Below are positions 57,028-64,000 of a stretch of 64,000 nt of DNA, piece by piece. The DNA is from Escherichia phage AV126. The stretch is taken from the sequence record OR352956.1; one strand, written 5' to 3'. The notes below the pieces were generated by a model. It did no database searches, was not told where the DNA came from, and saw only the letters and a program-made list of their open reading frames with translations. A program made the translations under genes and the position numbers. Position 1 is the stretch's first letter. Each line of letters opens with the position of its first letter.

Positions 57028-57465
57028 TTAACGTCGCTTGCTACGAGATGAACTCTTTTTACTTAAAGGGCTATTGTAAGATTTACGAGTTGTATAGCTA
57101 CTATTTGTTTTAAAAGTTTGTCTCGGCTTTTCATAAGTTTTTATCTCTTGTTTAGGCTTACCATAAAAATTAGTTTTCGGCTTAGGTGTATTATAATGCT
57201 TATTAATAATCGTTCTGTTATCGTTATAATCTCCACTGCTACGATTACTACCGCCACTCATCATATGCCCTAACAACATACCTGTAGCAAACTCACCAAC
57301 ACCGCTACTACTAGAACCGCCACCATTGTTGATAATAGTTGTATCTCCGTCAGATCCTTGTTGAGCGTATTGTTGAGGAGGTTGTTGGTATTGTGCAGGA
57401 TTTGTTTCATCCTCGCAAGCTGTTAAAAAGATACAACCAATTAAAATCAGGGCTAGTTTTTTCAT
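57028..57465 (-). CDS. putative lipoprotein
   Basis: Start MKKLALILIGCIFLTAC: signal peptide with lipobox LTAC; Gln/Gly/Ser-rich then basic C-terminus; ORF-track N-terminal extension rejected. Confidence 0.55.
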   Translation of the reverse strand: MKKLALILIGCIFLTACEDETNPAQYQQPPQQYAQQGSDGDTTIINNGGGSSSSGVGEFATGMLLGHMMSGGSNRSSGDYNDNRTIINKHYNTPKPKTNFYGKPKQEIKTYEKPRQTFKTNSSYTTRKSYNSPLSKKSSSRSKRR

Positions 57466-57652
57466 ATTTGCTTTCCTCGTTTTGGCTATTAATACATCTG
57501 TGTTTGAAATCTCCAGAGAAGCAATAAAGTTGCTCTCCATCTCGGTATAAACTCACTTTACTGCCGTTGATTACGCTTGTCAATACAAAAATTACAACAA
57601 ACAACCCTATTGCAAAACAGATATTTTCAAACACAACCAACAAGTATTTCAT
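57407..57652 (-). CDS. small membrane protein
   Basis: 81 aa; N-terminal TM (ICFAIGLFVVIFVLTSVI); 3' end overlaps lipoprotein start in another frame, so one of the two starts may be wrong. Confidence 0.35.
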   Translation of the reverse strand: MKYLLVVFENICFAIGLFVVIFVLTSVINGSKVSLYRDGEQLYCFSGDFKHRCINSQNEESKYEKTSPDFNWLYLFNSLRG

Positions 57653-57999
57653 TTTAAAAATACCTCATCATCAGTTTCATTATCCCAGAAGAACAAATCC
57701 CAACCATTTGGATCGTTCCATTTGGCTGCTGGAGAAGTCCATATTTGTTCGATATCAATATTCAAAACTTCACCGTTTCGTTTTGAAACAGCTTTAGTTA
57801 ATTCCCAACGAGATACAGGCTCTACTTCTCCTGAACCACTTCCACAACAAGCTACAACATTAGGAGGCAAATTAATTGGATCTTTGGTCACAATCATAAC
57901 GCTTACCCCAGGGTAAACTTTTGAAAGATAGTCTGAAATGTAATCCACATCACCAGATAAATCCCAAACAAGTTCTTGAATTTCATCAAAATTATTCAT
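57649..57999 (-). CDS. hypothetical protein
   Basis: 116 aa acidic/Trp-rich; AGGAG SD. Confidence 0.45.
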   Translation of the reverse strand: MNNFDEIQELVWDLSGDVDYISDYLSKVYPGVSVMIVTKDPINLPPNVVACCGSGSGEVEPVSRWELTKAVSKRNGEVLNIDIEQIWTSPAAKWNDPNGWDLFFWDNETDDEVFLK

Positions 58000-58041
58000 A
58001 AGTCTCTCCTATAAAATAGCCTCCCGAAGGAGGCTCATCTA

Positions 58042-59016
58042 TTAAACAGCAGCTTCTTCTTTTTCAGGGAAGATAAAGCTTGCAATAACACCAAGAGCTA
58101 ATGTGCCTAGAACAATCATCAGACTTACGTTAGGGGAAATATCATGCGGGAGGAATGACCATTTGGCATGAAGTGTTTCACCGAACGGGTGATACATAAG
58201 TTTAGCACCAACAAACACCAGAACCACAGCAACAGCTTTCTCTAAGTGAACCAGATATTTCACAGCTACACTTAACACAAAGAAAAGTGCACGTAAACCA
58301 AGAACAGCCATCAGCATTGCAGAATAAACTAGCAGAGGTTCTTGTGTCACCCCGATCACAGCCGGAACTGAATCAAAAGAGAAGACAATATCTGTAAGCT
58401 CAATAACAAACACACAAAGAAGAGCAGGAGTTGCATATTTAATACCATTCTTAATGGTAATGAACTTTTCACCATCCAGTGCATTGTGCACAGGCAGAAC
58501 TTTACCTACTAAACGAACAGCCCAATGCTTAGAGTAATCAATATCCTCTTCTTCGTCACCACCTTTGATGATAGCCACGGCAGACCAGGCTACAATCAAA
58601 CCGAACAACACTTGGACCGACCAATGAAGGTTAAACAAAGCGGTGCCTGCTGCAACAAAAATACCTCGGAAGACAATGGCTCCTGCAATCCCCCAAAGTA
58701 AAATCTTATGTTGGAGATGTGTGCTCTTAATTCCAAAGCTTGCAAAAATTGCCATGAACACCATCAGGTTATCTACAGAAAGACTCTTTTCCAACACATA
58801 ACCACTTAGGAAAAGCGCGGCAAACTCTTTACCATGTTCTACCCAAATGAATGCGTAATATCCTAAAGCTAAAGCAATCCAAAAAACAGACCAAAGCAAA
58901 GCAGATTTAATTCCAATTTCTTTATTCTCTTTATGACCAAAGAAATCGATACCAATAGACAATGCCAAAATACCAACTAAAACAACTACATCAATAATTG
59001 GGAAACCGAGTTGCAT
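58042..59016 (-). CDS. terC: TerC-family integral membrane protein
   Basis: 324 aa, multiple TM segments; EKSLSVDNLMVF and FSFDSVPAVIGVT match the two TerC signature repeats. Confidence 0.75.
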   Translation of the reverse strand: MQLGFPIIDVVVLVGILALSIGIDFFGHKENKEIGIKSALLWSVFWIALALGYYAFIWVEHGKEFAALFLSGYVLEKSLSVDNLMVFMAIFASFGIKSTHLQHKILLWGIAGAIVFRGIFVAAGTALFNLHWSVQVLFGLIVAWSAVAIIKGGDEEEDIDYSKHWAVRLVGKVLPVHNALDGEKFITIKNGIKYATPALLCVFVIELTDIVFSFDSVPAVIGVTQEPLLVYSAMLMAVLGLRALFFVLSVAVKYLVHLEKAVAVVLVFVGAKLMYHPFGETLHAKWSFLPHDISPNVSLMIVLGTLALGVIASFIFPEKEEAAV

Positions 59017-59033
59017 TCTTTTCTCCTCTCTTT

Positions 59034-59052
59034 GCGGGGAACTATTCCCCGC
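59034..59052 (-). other. RNA hairpin in TerC 5' leader
   Basis: GCGGGGA-actat-TCCCCGC immediately upstream of the TerC SD. Confidence 0.35.
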
Positions 59053-59064
59053 TTCATGTGATAT

Positions 59065-59092
59065 ATCTTACTCTTTTTAAGAACTATGTCAA
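59065..59092 (-). promoter_or_regulatory. candidate sigma70-like promoter (- strand), TTGACA-N16-TAAGAT
   Basis: -35 at 59092-59087, -10 at 59070-59065; upstream of TerC. Confidence 0.35.
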
Positions 59093-59095
59093 CAC

Positions 59096-59317
59096 TTATT
59101 TTGTTGAATGAGAGGAAAAGATTCCTCGTAATACAGCCAGAATAAACGAAACACAAACCACGGTCCAGAAGGTTACTGGGACAGTGATATCTGCATGACC
59201 CATAACTTCAGCAACATAGTTGTAAGCCAGCAACAGTAACCAAGCTGGAATCAAACTAAGCATAAAAGCAATAACAAAAAAGCTTACCACTGCAACAATA
59301 CCTGCAAAAACACCCAT
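59096..59317 (-). CDS. small membrane protein
   Basis: 73 aa, two hydrophobic helices. Confidence 0.45.
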   Translation of the reverse strand: MGVFAGIVAVVSFFVIAFMLSLIPAWLLLLAYNYVAEVMGHADITVPVTFWTVVCVSFILAVLRGIFSSHSTK

Positions 59318-59329
59318 ACTAATCTCCTC

Positions 59330-59815
59330 TTAAAGTTTATAAATAGTCACATCGTGACCAGCTTTTACTAAAGTTTCTTTGATCATGACTTCAATGATAG
59401 CCCAATTACCTCCAGCATGACCTGCACCTATCATAGGTAGACCAATCTTATGTGCTGGCTGATCTCCTTTATCGTAATTGTGTAAGTCCATTGCCATAGC
59501 TGCAAGAGCATCATACAGCGCATCATAATCTAGTTGACGACCTTTACTATTGTATCCATAACGATACTGTCCATAAAGGTTGTATACCATAGGGTTAGGA
59601 TAATCTTCTGGTTCCCCTAAACTAAAAGAACCAAGCTTTTTCTGGTTTCCTGCTCCTGTAGCTAAATCTGCTTCGTATGCATATGGAAACGCATATTTTA
59701 TTTGTGGGGCAATGCCTGCCCCCATATTACACATACAGTTGCAACAATGAGCAATAACAGTTACTTCACCTGCTTTAGCGGCATCAATAAGATTACCTGT
59801 TTTCATTTTAAGCAT
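59330..59815 (-). CDS. macro-like domain protein (ADP-ribose binding/processing fold)
   Basis: ATG at 59815 after AGGAG SD; VTVIAHCCNCMCNMGAGIAPQI and KIGLPMIGAGHAGGNW align with macro motifs but with substitutions; 161 aa. Confidence 0.45.
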   Translation of the reverse strand: MLKMKTGNLIDAAKAGEVTVIAHCCNCMCNMGAGIAPQIKYAFPYAYEADLATGAGNQKKLGSFSLGEPEDYPNPMVYNLYGQYRYGYNSKGRQLDYDALYDALAAMAMDLHNYDKGDQPAHKIGLPMIGAGHAGGNWAIIEVMIKETLVKAGHDVTIYKL

Positions 59816-59828
59816 TTTTAGCTCCTTA

Positions 59829-60656
59829 TTACAGAATGTGTTGTTTTGTGTAACGATCCAAGAATTCAAAGTTTTCAGCATACTTTGCAATCCGATTGTA
59901 GCCTTCAGCTAAACAGCCGAAGAAAAGTTGTTCCACATAGTAGTGTGGCAATTGGCTAAGAATGATTTTGAAGTCTTCATGATTTTGGCCCATAAGATAC
60001 TTAATAGGACGAACAAGGCACTGTGCATCACGTTCTTCATTAATCATTTTAACAAACGCTTCTGGTGTATTAATGTAGTTAAAATTCAGTTTAGCTTCAG
60101 TATCTGCTTGATTACCTTCGTATTTTGCAAAATACAAGAAGTAAACATCATTTTTAACTTGATTTTCATCAAGAATCTCAATCAGTTTGTCTTCATGCGT
60201 TCCGGTGATATTTACATCATCAATGAACACCAACTTCTTATCACCCCAGAATTCTTTGTTGCAGTAGAATGTATCCCCATCAATAAGTTTCTTACGACTA
60301 GCTTTATCCAAGAAGCCATAATCGTTAATATAACTAACTTTACGATGAATAATATCCAGTTCTGCTGAACGACCTTGATCATATTGTGCTTGCAACATAT
60401 TAAAGTAATTAATAAAATGATCTGTCATCATTGTTGCAGCATTATGCACATGGTTATAAGGAGAAGGAATGATAACAAATTGTTCCCCAATATGTTTCAT
60501 TGCCACTTGAGCAAAAAACTGAAGTGCCAATTCTTTACCCATACGACGCGCAGCTTGGTTACTGCCAAATTTCAATTTTGAATAATCTTTGATATCAAAA
60601 GTAGCAGTTTCCAGGTCATCAAATTTATTTGCAAAAATTTGAGTTTGATTACGCAT
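59829..60656 (-). CDS. phosphoribosyltransferase-like protein (type I PRTase fold)
   Basis: 275 aa; KLVFIDDVNITGTH resembles PRPP-binding motif; does not resemble Prs. Confidence 0.45.
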   Translation of the reverse strand: MRNQTQIFANKFDDLETATFDIKDYSKLKFGSNQAARRMGKELALQFFAQVAMKHIGEQFVIIPSPYNHVHNAATMMTDHFINYFNMLQAQYDQGRSAELDIIHRKVSYINDYGFLDKASRKKLIDGDTFYCNKEFWGDKKLVFIDDVNITGTHEDKLIEILDENQVKNDVYFLYFAKYEGNQADTEAKLNFNYINTPEAFVKMINEERDAQCLVRPIKYLMGQNHEDFKIILSQLPHYYVEQLFFGCLAEGYNRIAKYAENFEFLDRYTKQHIL

Positions 60657-61326
60657 TTACAATTTCTCCTCTTTTAAGTTTCTCTAGTAAGTCGTTAGGG
60701 TTCTTAATATGACAGAAGTTAATCCCTATGTCAACACATTTTCCATCAAATTCTTCGCTGTCCCCAACATGTAAAATCTCTTCAGCCTTCAAAGGAATGC
60801 TTGAATATGTGGCGGTCCTAACAAAGAATCTAGGATCTGGTTTACACAACAGATGTTCGTCTGAAAAATGCATAAATTCAAAACAATTCCAACTGTCAAA
60901 CATACAAGCACGACGCAAAATATCCCCAGATATAAAATTAGTATTGCTTTTAATACTAAGATCATATTTACCAGACAAGTATAGCAAACAAACTGGCAAA
61001 TCTAAAGCAATATGTGGAGGAAATTTAAGAAACCATTGCTCACACTCAAAACGCATTTGTGCAGATTCTACAGGGGTTAAACCTATCTTTCTTCCCAACA
61101 TATTCCATGCATATGCTACACCTTCTGCACACCCATTTAGTGCAGCATTATCCATAATTTCTTTGGCATCTTTATAGGCTTCTTTTGCGGCACGTTCAGA
61201 CATTCTACCATATGTGGCAATAGTGTGCGTACGTGCATCTGCATAGTTTTGATTGGCAGAAATAAGAGTATTCCATACATCAAAAGAGATATGTTTTATT
61301 GTCATATTAGGCCCACCATGCATCAA
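60649..61326 (-). CDS. HAD-superfamily hydrolase-like protein (atypical motif I)
   Basis: 225 aa; motif I FDVWNTL (DxW, not DxD), motif III-like LLCKPDPRFF, motif IV-like HVGDSEEFD. Confidence 0.45.
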   Translation of the reverse strand: MMHGGPNMTIKHISFDVWNTLISANQNYADARTHTIATYGRMSERAAKEAYKDAKEIMDNAALNGCAEGVAYAWNMLGRKIGLTPVESAQMRFECEQWFLKFPPHIALDLPVCLLYLSGKYDLSIKSNTNFISGDILRRACMFDSWNCFEFMHFSDEHLLCKPDPRFFVRTATYSSIPLKAEEILHVGDSEEFDGKCVDIGINFCHIKNPNDLLEKLKRGEIVNA

Positions 61327-61912
61327 GATTTAAGTTACTATCTACCACAACTTGTTCTATGTGGTAGCCTTTTATCTGTATCCCACTGTTTAAGAGCATA
61401 TCATATGCTTCATTGAAACGCAACTTATCTTCTGCGGAATATAAGCGAGCATTATAAAATCGGTAATCAATTTCTTCAACATTAGAAGAAATACGGAAGA
61501 AGTTTGTTTCTACTTCAGGATCACTTGCTGAAGTCTTAATGTGAACTTCTCCATAATTTTCTTTACTTAGATCCATGAAAAGAACACAGGCAACATGTTT
61601 AAACATTCGTTCCAGTTTGTAACGAACAACATTGAAACCTGCATTCTCAAGTTTCTCTACACATTGCAACATTAACGTAGTGTCGAGATCGCTTTGATAC
61701 TTTGTTAACATACGATCACGTTGAGACTTTGTATCCCGATGTAAATCAATTGTTGTGCATTTGGCACCAATGATCTTAGCTGCTTTCATCAACTCTTCAG
61801 AACTAACGTTAGATAAAGTAAGATGAAAATGGGCTTTCCACACTTTTTTAGCAGGAATGCCAAAAGATTTATCCCCGCTATTTGGCATGTTAACTACTAC
61901 ACTATGTTGCAT
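61307..61912 (-). CDS. hypothetical protein
   Basis: 201 aa; single HLTL motif only. Confidence 0.45.
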   Translation of the reverse strand: MQHSVVVNMPNSGDKSFGIPAKKVWKAHFHLTLSNVSSEELMKAAKIIGAKCTTIDLHRDTKSQRDRMLTKYQSDLDTTLMLQCVEKLENAGFNVVRYKLERMFKHVACVLFMDLSKENYGEVHIKTSASDPEVETNFFRISSNVEEIDYRFYNARLYSAEDKLRFNEAYDMLLNSGIQIKGYHIEQVVVDSNLNLDAWWA

Positions 61913-61927
61913 TACTTATCTCCTCAC

Positions 61928-62152
61928 TTAAAATGGAAGTCTTTGAAGTTCATCTCCTCCGATATCAAGTAATTTAGCAACATCTCGATCAGAAAGCAAC
62001 TCTTTTCTTTGTAAAATATCTACAAGGGTTGCAAGAATATCCTTAACGTCCCGATCACTGTTCTTCAAAAGTTCTCCTGCCGTCCCTACCCTATCTCCTA
62101 CAGCAAAATATGTAACCATAAAACCTCCTAAGTTAATCTGATTGCCAACCAC
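61928..62152 (-). CDS. hypothetical protein
   Basis: 74 aa; overlaps nrdG 3' end. Confidence 0.35.
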   Translation of the reverse strand: MVGNQINLGGFMVTYFAVGDRVGTAGELLKNSDRDVKDILATLVDILQRKELLSDRDVAKLLDIGGDELQRLPF

Positions 62153-62603
62153 TTGCCGTTTTGGTCCATAATCTTTGATTATCTGACCCTCTGAAAGGTT
62201 TTGTAGTTGGATTGTTTATTTCATACTTTCCGTCTACAATAATGTCAACAAGATTTTTAATATACAAAGGCACTTCCTCAAAAGTATATCCTGTATACAC
62301 CATTATATCTTTGCTTGACCCATAAACGTCTCTAACCTTTTCTATAAGGTTTTTAACATTGTAAATATTCTGCGGATCTAATGGCTCTCCTCCTAAAATT
62401 GTTAAACCTTTTACAAACGGTCTTGACAAATCTTTTAAAACTTGCTCTACATTTTCGTGAGTGAACGGTTTCCCATAAGAATAAGACCAGGCTTTTTGGT
62501 TAAAACAGCCACGACAACCGTGGCTACAACCACTAACCCAGAGGGAGCACCTAACTCCCTCACCATTAATAAGATCTACAGGTTCATATCCTGCAAAATT
62601 CAA
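62133..62603 (-). CDS. nrdG: anaerobic ribonucleotide reductase activating protein (radical SAM)
   Basis: 156 aa; CxxxCxxC cluster (GCSHGCRGC); immediately downstream of nrdD, start overlaps its stop. Confidence 0.85.
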   Translation of the reverse strand: MNFAGYEPVDLINGEGVRCSLWVSGCSHGCRGCFNQKAWSYSYGKPFTHENVEQVLKDLSRPFVKGLTILGGEPLDPQNIYNVKNLIEKVRDVYGSSKDIMVYTGYTFEEVPLYIKNLVDIIVDGKYEINNPTTKPFRGSDNQRLWTKTASGWQSD

Positions 62604-64000
62604 AGATGTTTCTCCCTTTGCAAAACTTCCTGCATTTTACCTTTGTTGTAAGGCCGTGAATTAGGGGCAGAAAGATACCCTGATACACGTCTAACTACAG
62701 AAATAGTTTCTTCTTCATGGTTGCCACAATCAGGACACTCAAACCCTTTAGCCGTTGCCTTAAATTCTCCATGAAAACCACACTTAAAGCATTGATCCAC
62801 GGGCTGATTAATACCAAAATAGTGAATATGTTCATAAGCGTAGTCTACTAAAGTCTCCAAAGCTTCTAAGTTATTCTTTAAGTTTGGTGTTTCGACATAA
62901 CTTATGTTACCACCATTGCTAATCTGTGCAAAACCTGCTTCATAATCCCATTTTTCAAAAGGATTTGTTACCAACCAAACAGGTTGATGAAAAGAGTTAG
63001 TAAGATAGTCTCTTTCTACCAAACCTGGGTATTTTTCATTTAAAGCTGTTGCAAACTTATAGCACAAAGATTCTGCTGGAGTTCCATAGAGACTAAACGC
63101 CAGGTTAGATCGTTCTTTAAACACAGCACACACATCTTTCATATGTTGCAGAATGTTTTTACCAAGTTCCTTTTTATCTTTTTCTTCTGGATAAAGGATT
63201 TCCAAAGCTTCGGCAAGACCTACATAACCAATACTAATAGAAGCATAACCACCTTCAAACAAAACACCAATTTCATCATTGGCATTTAAACGCGCTAAAG
63301 CCCCTTCCATGAAAAGAATAGGGTTTTCAGATGCTTTGGTATGTCTGATACGGTTTACACGTAGCATGTGAGCATCGTAGGCTATCTCCATATGTTTATT
63401 AAGAAGATCGGTGAAAGATTCTCCTTTACTTCTCGCTTCCGCAGCAATCAGTGGCAAATTGATAGAAACTACTCCAAGGTTGAATCGTCCATCATATTTT
63501 TCTCCTTGTTCGGTGGCATAGTACGACAAAAAGGAACGACAACCCATACTCGTAACAGTACCATCTGCTGATCCCGTAACTTCTTTGTTCAAAGGAACAG
63601 AAATAAAGTCTGGATAAATACGATCAGCACAACATGCCAAAGCTTGTTGCTTAAGGTCATAGTTAGGATCACTAGGTTTCATGTTAACACCTTCTTGTAA
63701 AAAGAAAATAACTTTAGGGAATACAGGCGTTACATGATCTTTGCCTAGACCATTACTATGCACTTTAAGATAGTTAGCTGTGATCATTCTGCCAAAAACA
63801 GAGGTATCCAGACCCATACTGATTGTAATAAAAGGAGATTGTCCATTTACACTCATTAAAGTATTAACCTGATACAAGAGAGTTTGCATAGCATCATATA
63901 CATCTTGTTCGGTCATTTCCAGGGCTTCTTTCCTTGCATAACAGCCGTAGCGACGTTTGGTTATCTCCATGTTTTTAAGGAAACTAGCTTCAACATAAGG
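62600..64000 (-). CDS. nrdD: anaerobic ribonucleoside-triphosphate reductase (class III), N-terminus beyond window
   Basis: Frame open to window edge; C-terminal Zn-ribbon cysteines (CFKCGFHGEF...CPDCGN) and glycyl-radical motif RVSGYL. Confidence 0.85.
   Translation of the reverse strand, partial: PYVEASFLKNMEITKRRYGCYARKEALEMTEQDVYDAMQTLLYQVNTLMSVNGQSPFITISMGLDTSVFGRMITANYLKVHSNGLGKDHVTPVFPKVIFFLQEGVNMKPSDPNYDLKQQALACCADRIYPDFISVPLNKEVTGSADGTVTSMGCRSFLSYYATEQGEKYDGRFNLGVVSINLPLIAAEARSKGESFTDLLNKHMEIAYDAHMLRVNRIRHTKASENPILFMEGALARLNANDEIGVLFEGGYASISIGYVGLAEALEILYPEEKDKKELGKNILQHMKDVCAVFKERSNLAFSLYGTPAESLCYKFATALNEKYPGLVERDYLTNSFHQPVWLVTNPFEKWDYEAGFAQISNGGNISYVETPNLKNNLEALETLVDYAYEHIHYFGINQPVDQCFKCGFHGEFKATAKGFECPDCGNHEEETISVVRRVSGYLSAPNSRPYNKGKMQEVLQREKHL

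Noticed and set aside
57466-57540. N-terminal extension of the lipoprotein ORF
   Set aside because: A signal peptide must be N-terminal; the MKKLAL... start gives a canonical lipobox precursor.
59829-60656. Ribose-phosphate pyrophosphokinase (Prs) identity for the PRTase-like protein
   Set aside because: Only the generic PRPP-binding loop is shared; N-terminal Prs motifs and expected length are absent.
61307-61912. 2H-phosphoesterase (LigT-like) identity
   Set aside because: Only one H-x-T-x motif (HLTL) is present; the family needs two.
1-64000. tRNA genes, CRISPR arrays, integrase or repressor genes
   Set aside because: Intergenic gaps are all under about 130 nt and hold promoters/terminators; no cloverleaf-like segments, repeat-spacer arrays or recombinase-like ORFs were seen.

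Overview
This 64 kb window looks like part of a virulent, mosaic myovirus-type tailed phage genome (AT-rich, roughly 40% GC by eye; enterobacterial-style codon usage in the capsid genes). All calls rest on reading the six-frame translations, motifs, gene order and DNA structure; no database search was run. Positions 1-37353 are a + strand structural/late module: terminase large subunit (3' part), portal, prohead protease, scaffold, decoration-like protein, major capsid protein, connector proteins, tail sheath, tail tube, a tail assembly chaperone with a -1 frameshift site, tape measure, P2/Mu-like baseplate genes (hub, V spike, W, J, I), several large tailspike/fibre proteins (Calx-beta, beta-helix, collagen-like, LRR/Ig-like), tail fibre and tail fibre assembly protein. 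A bidirectional terminator at 37356-37385 separates it from a convergent - strand early/middle module (37410-64000): SSB, a CCA/poly(A)-polymerase-like nucleotidyltransferase, a family A DNA polymerase interrupted by a LAGLIDADG intein, a gamma-class N6-adenine methyltransferase, a T7 gp4-like primase-helicase, four glycosyltransferases, a signal-peptide SleB/CwlJ-type cell wall hydrolase, a Ter-type cluster (TerD, vWA/TerY-like, TelA-like, TerC) with PRTase/HAD/macro-like enzymes, NrdG and NrdD (truncated at the window edge). The Ter-type cluster and its linked enzymes are the best candidate for an undescribed system. No tRNA, CRISPR array, integrase or repressor was seen. Several sigma70-like promoters and intrinsic terminators are visible on both strands.
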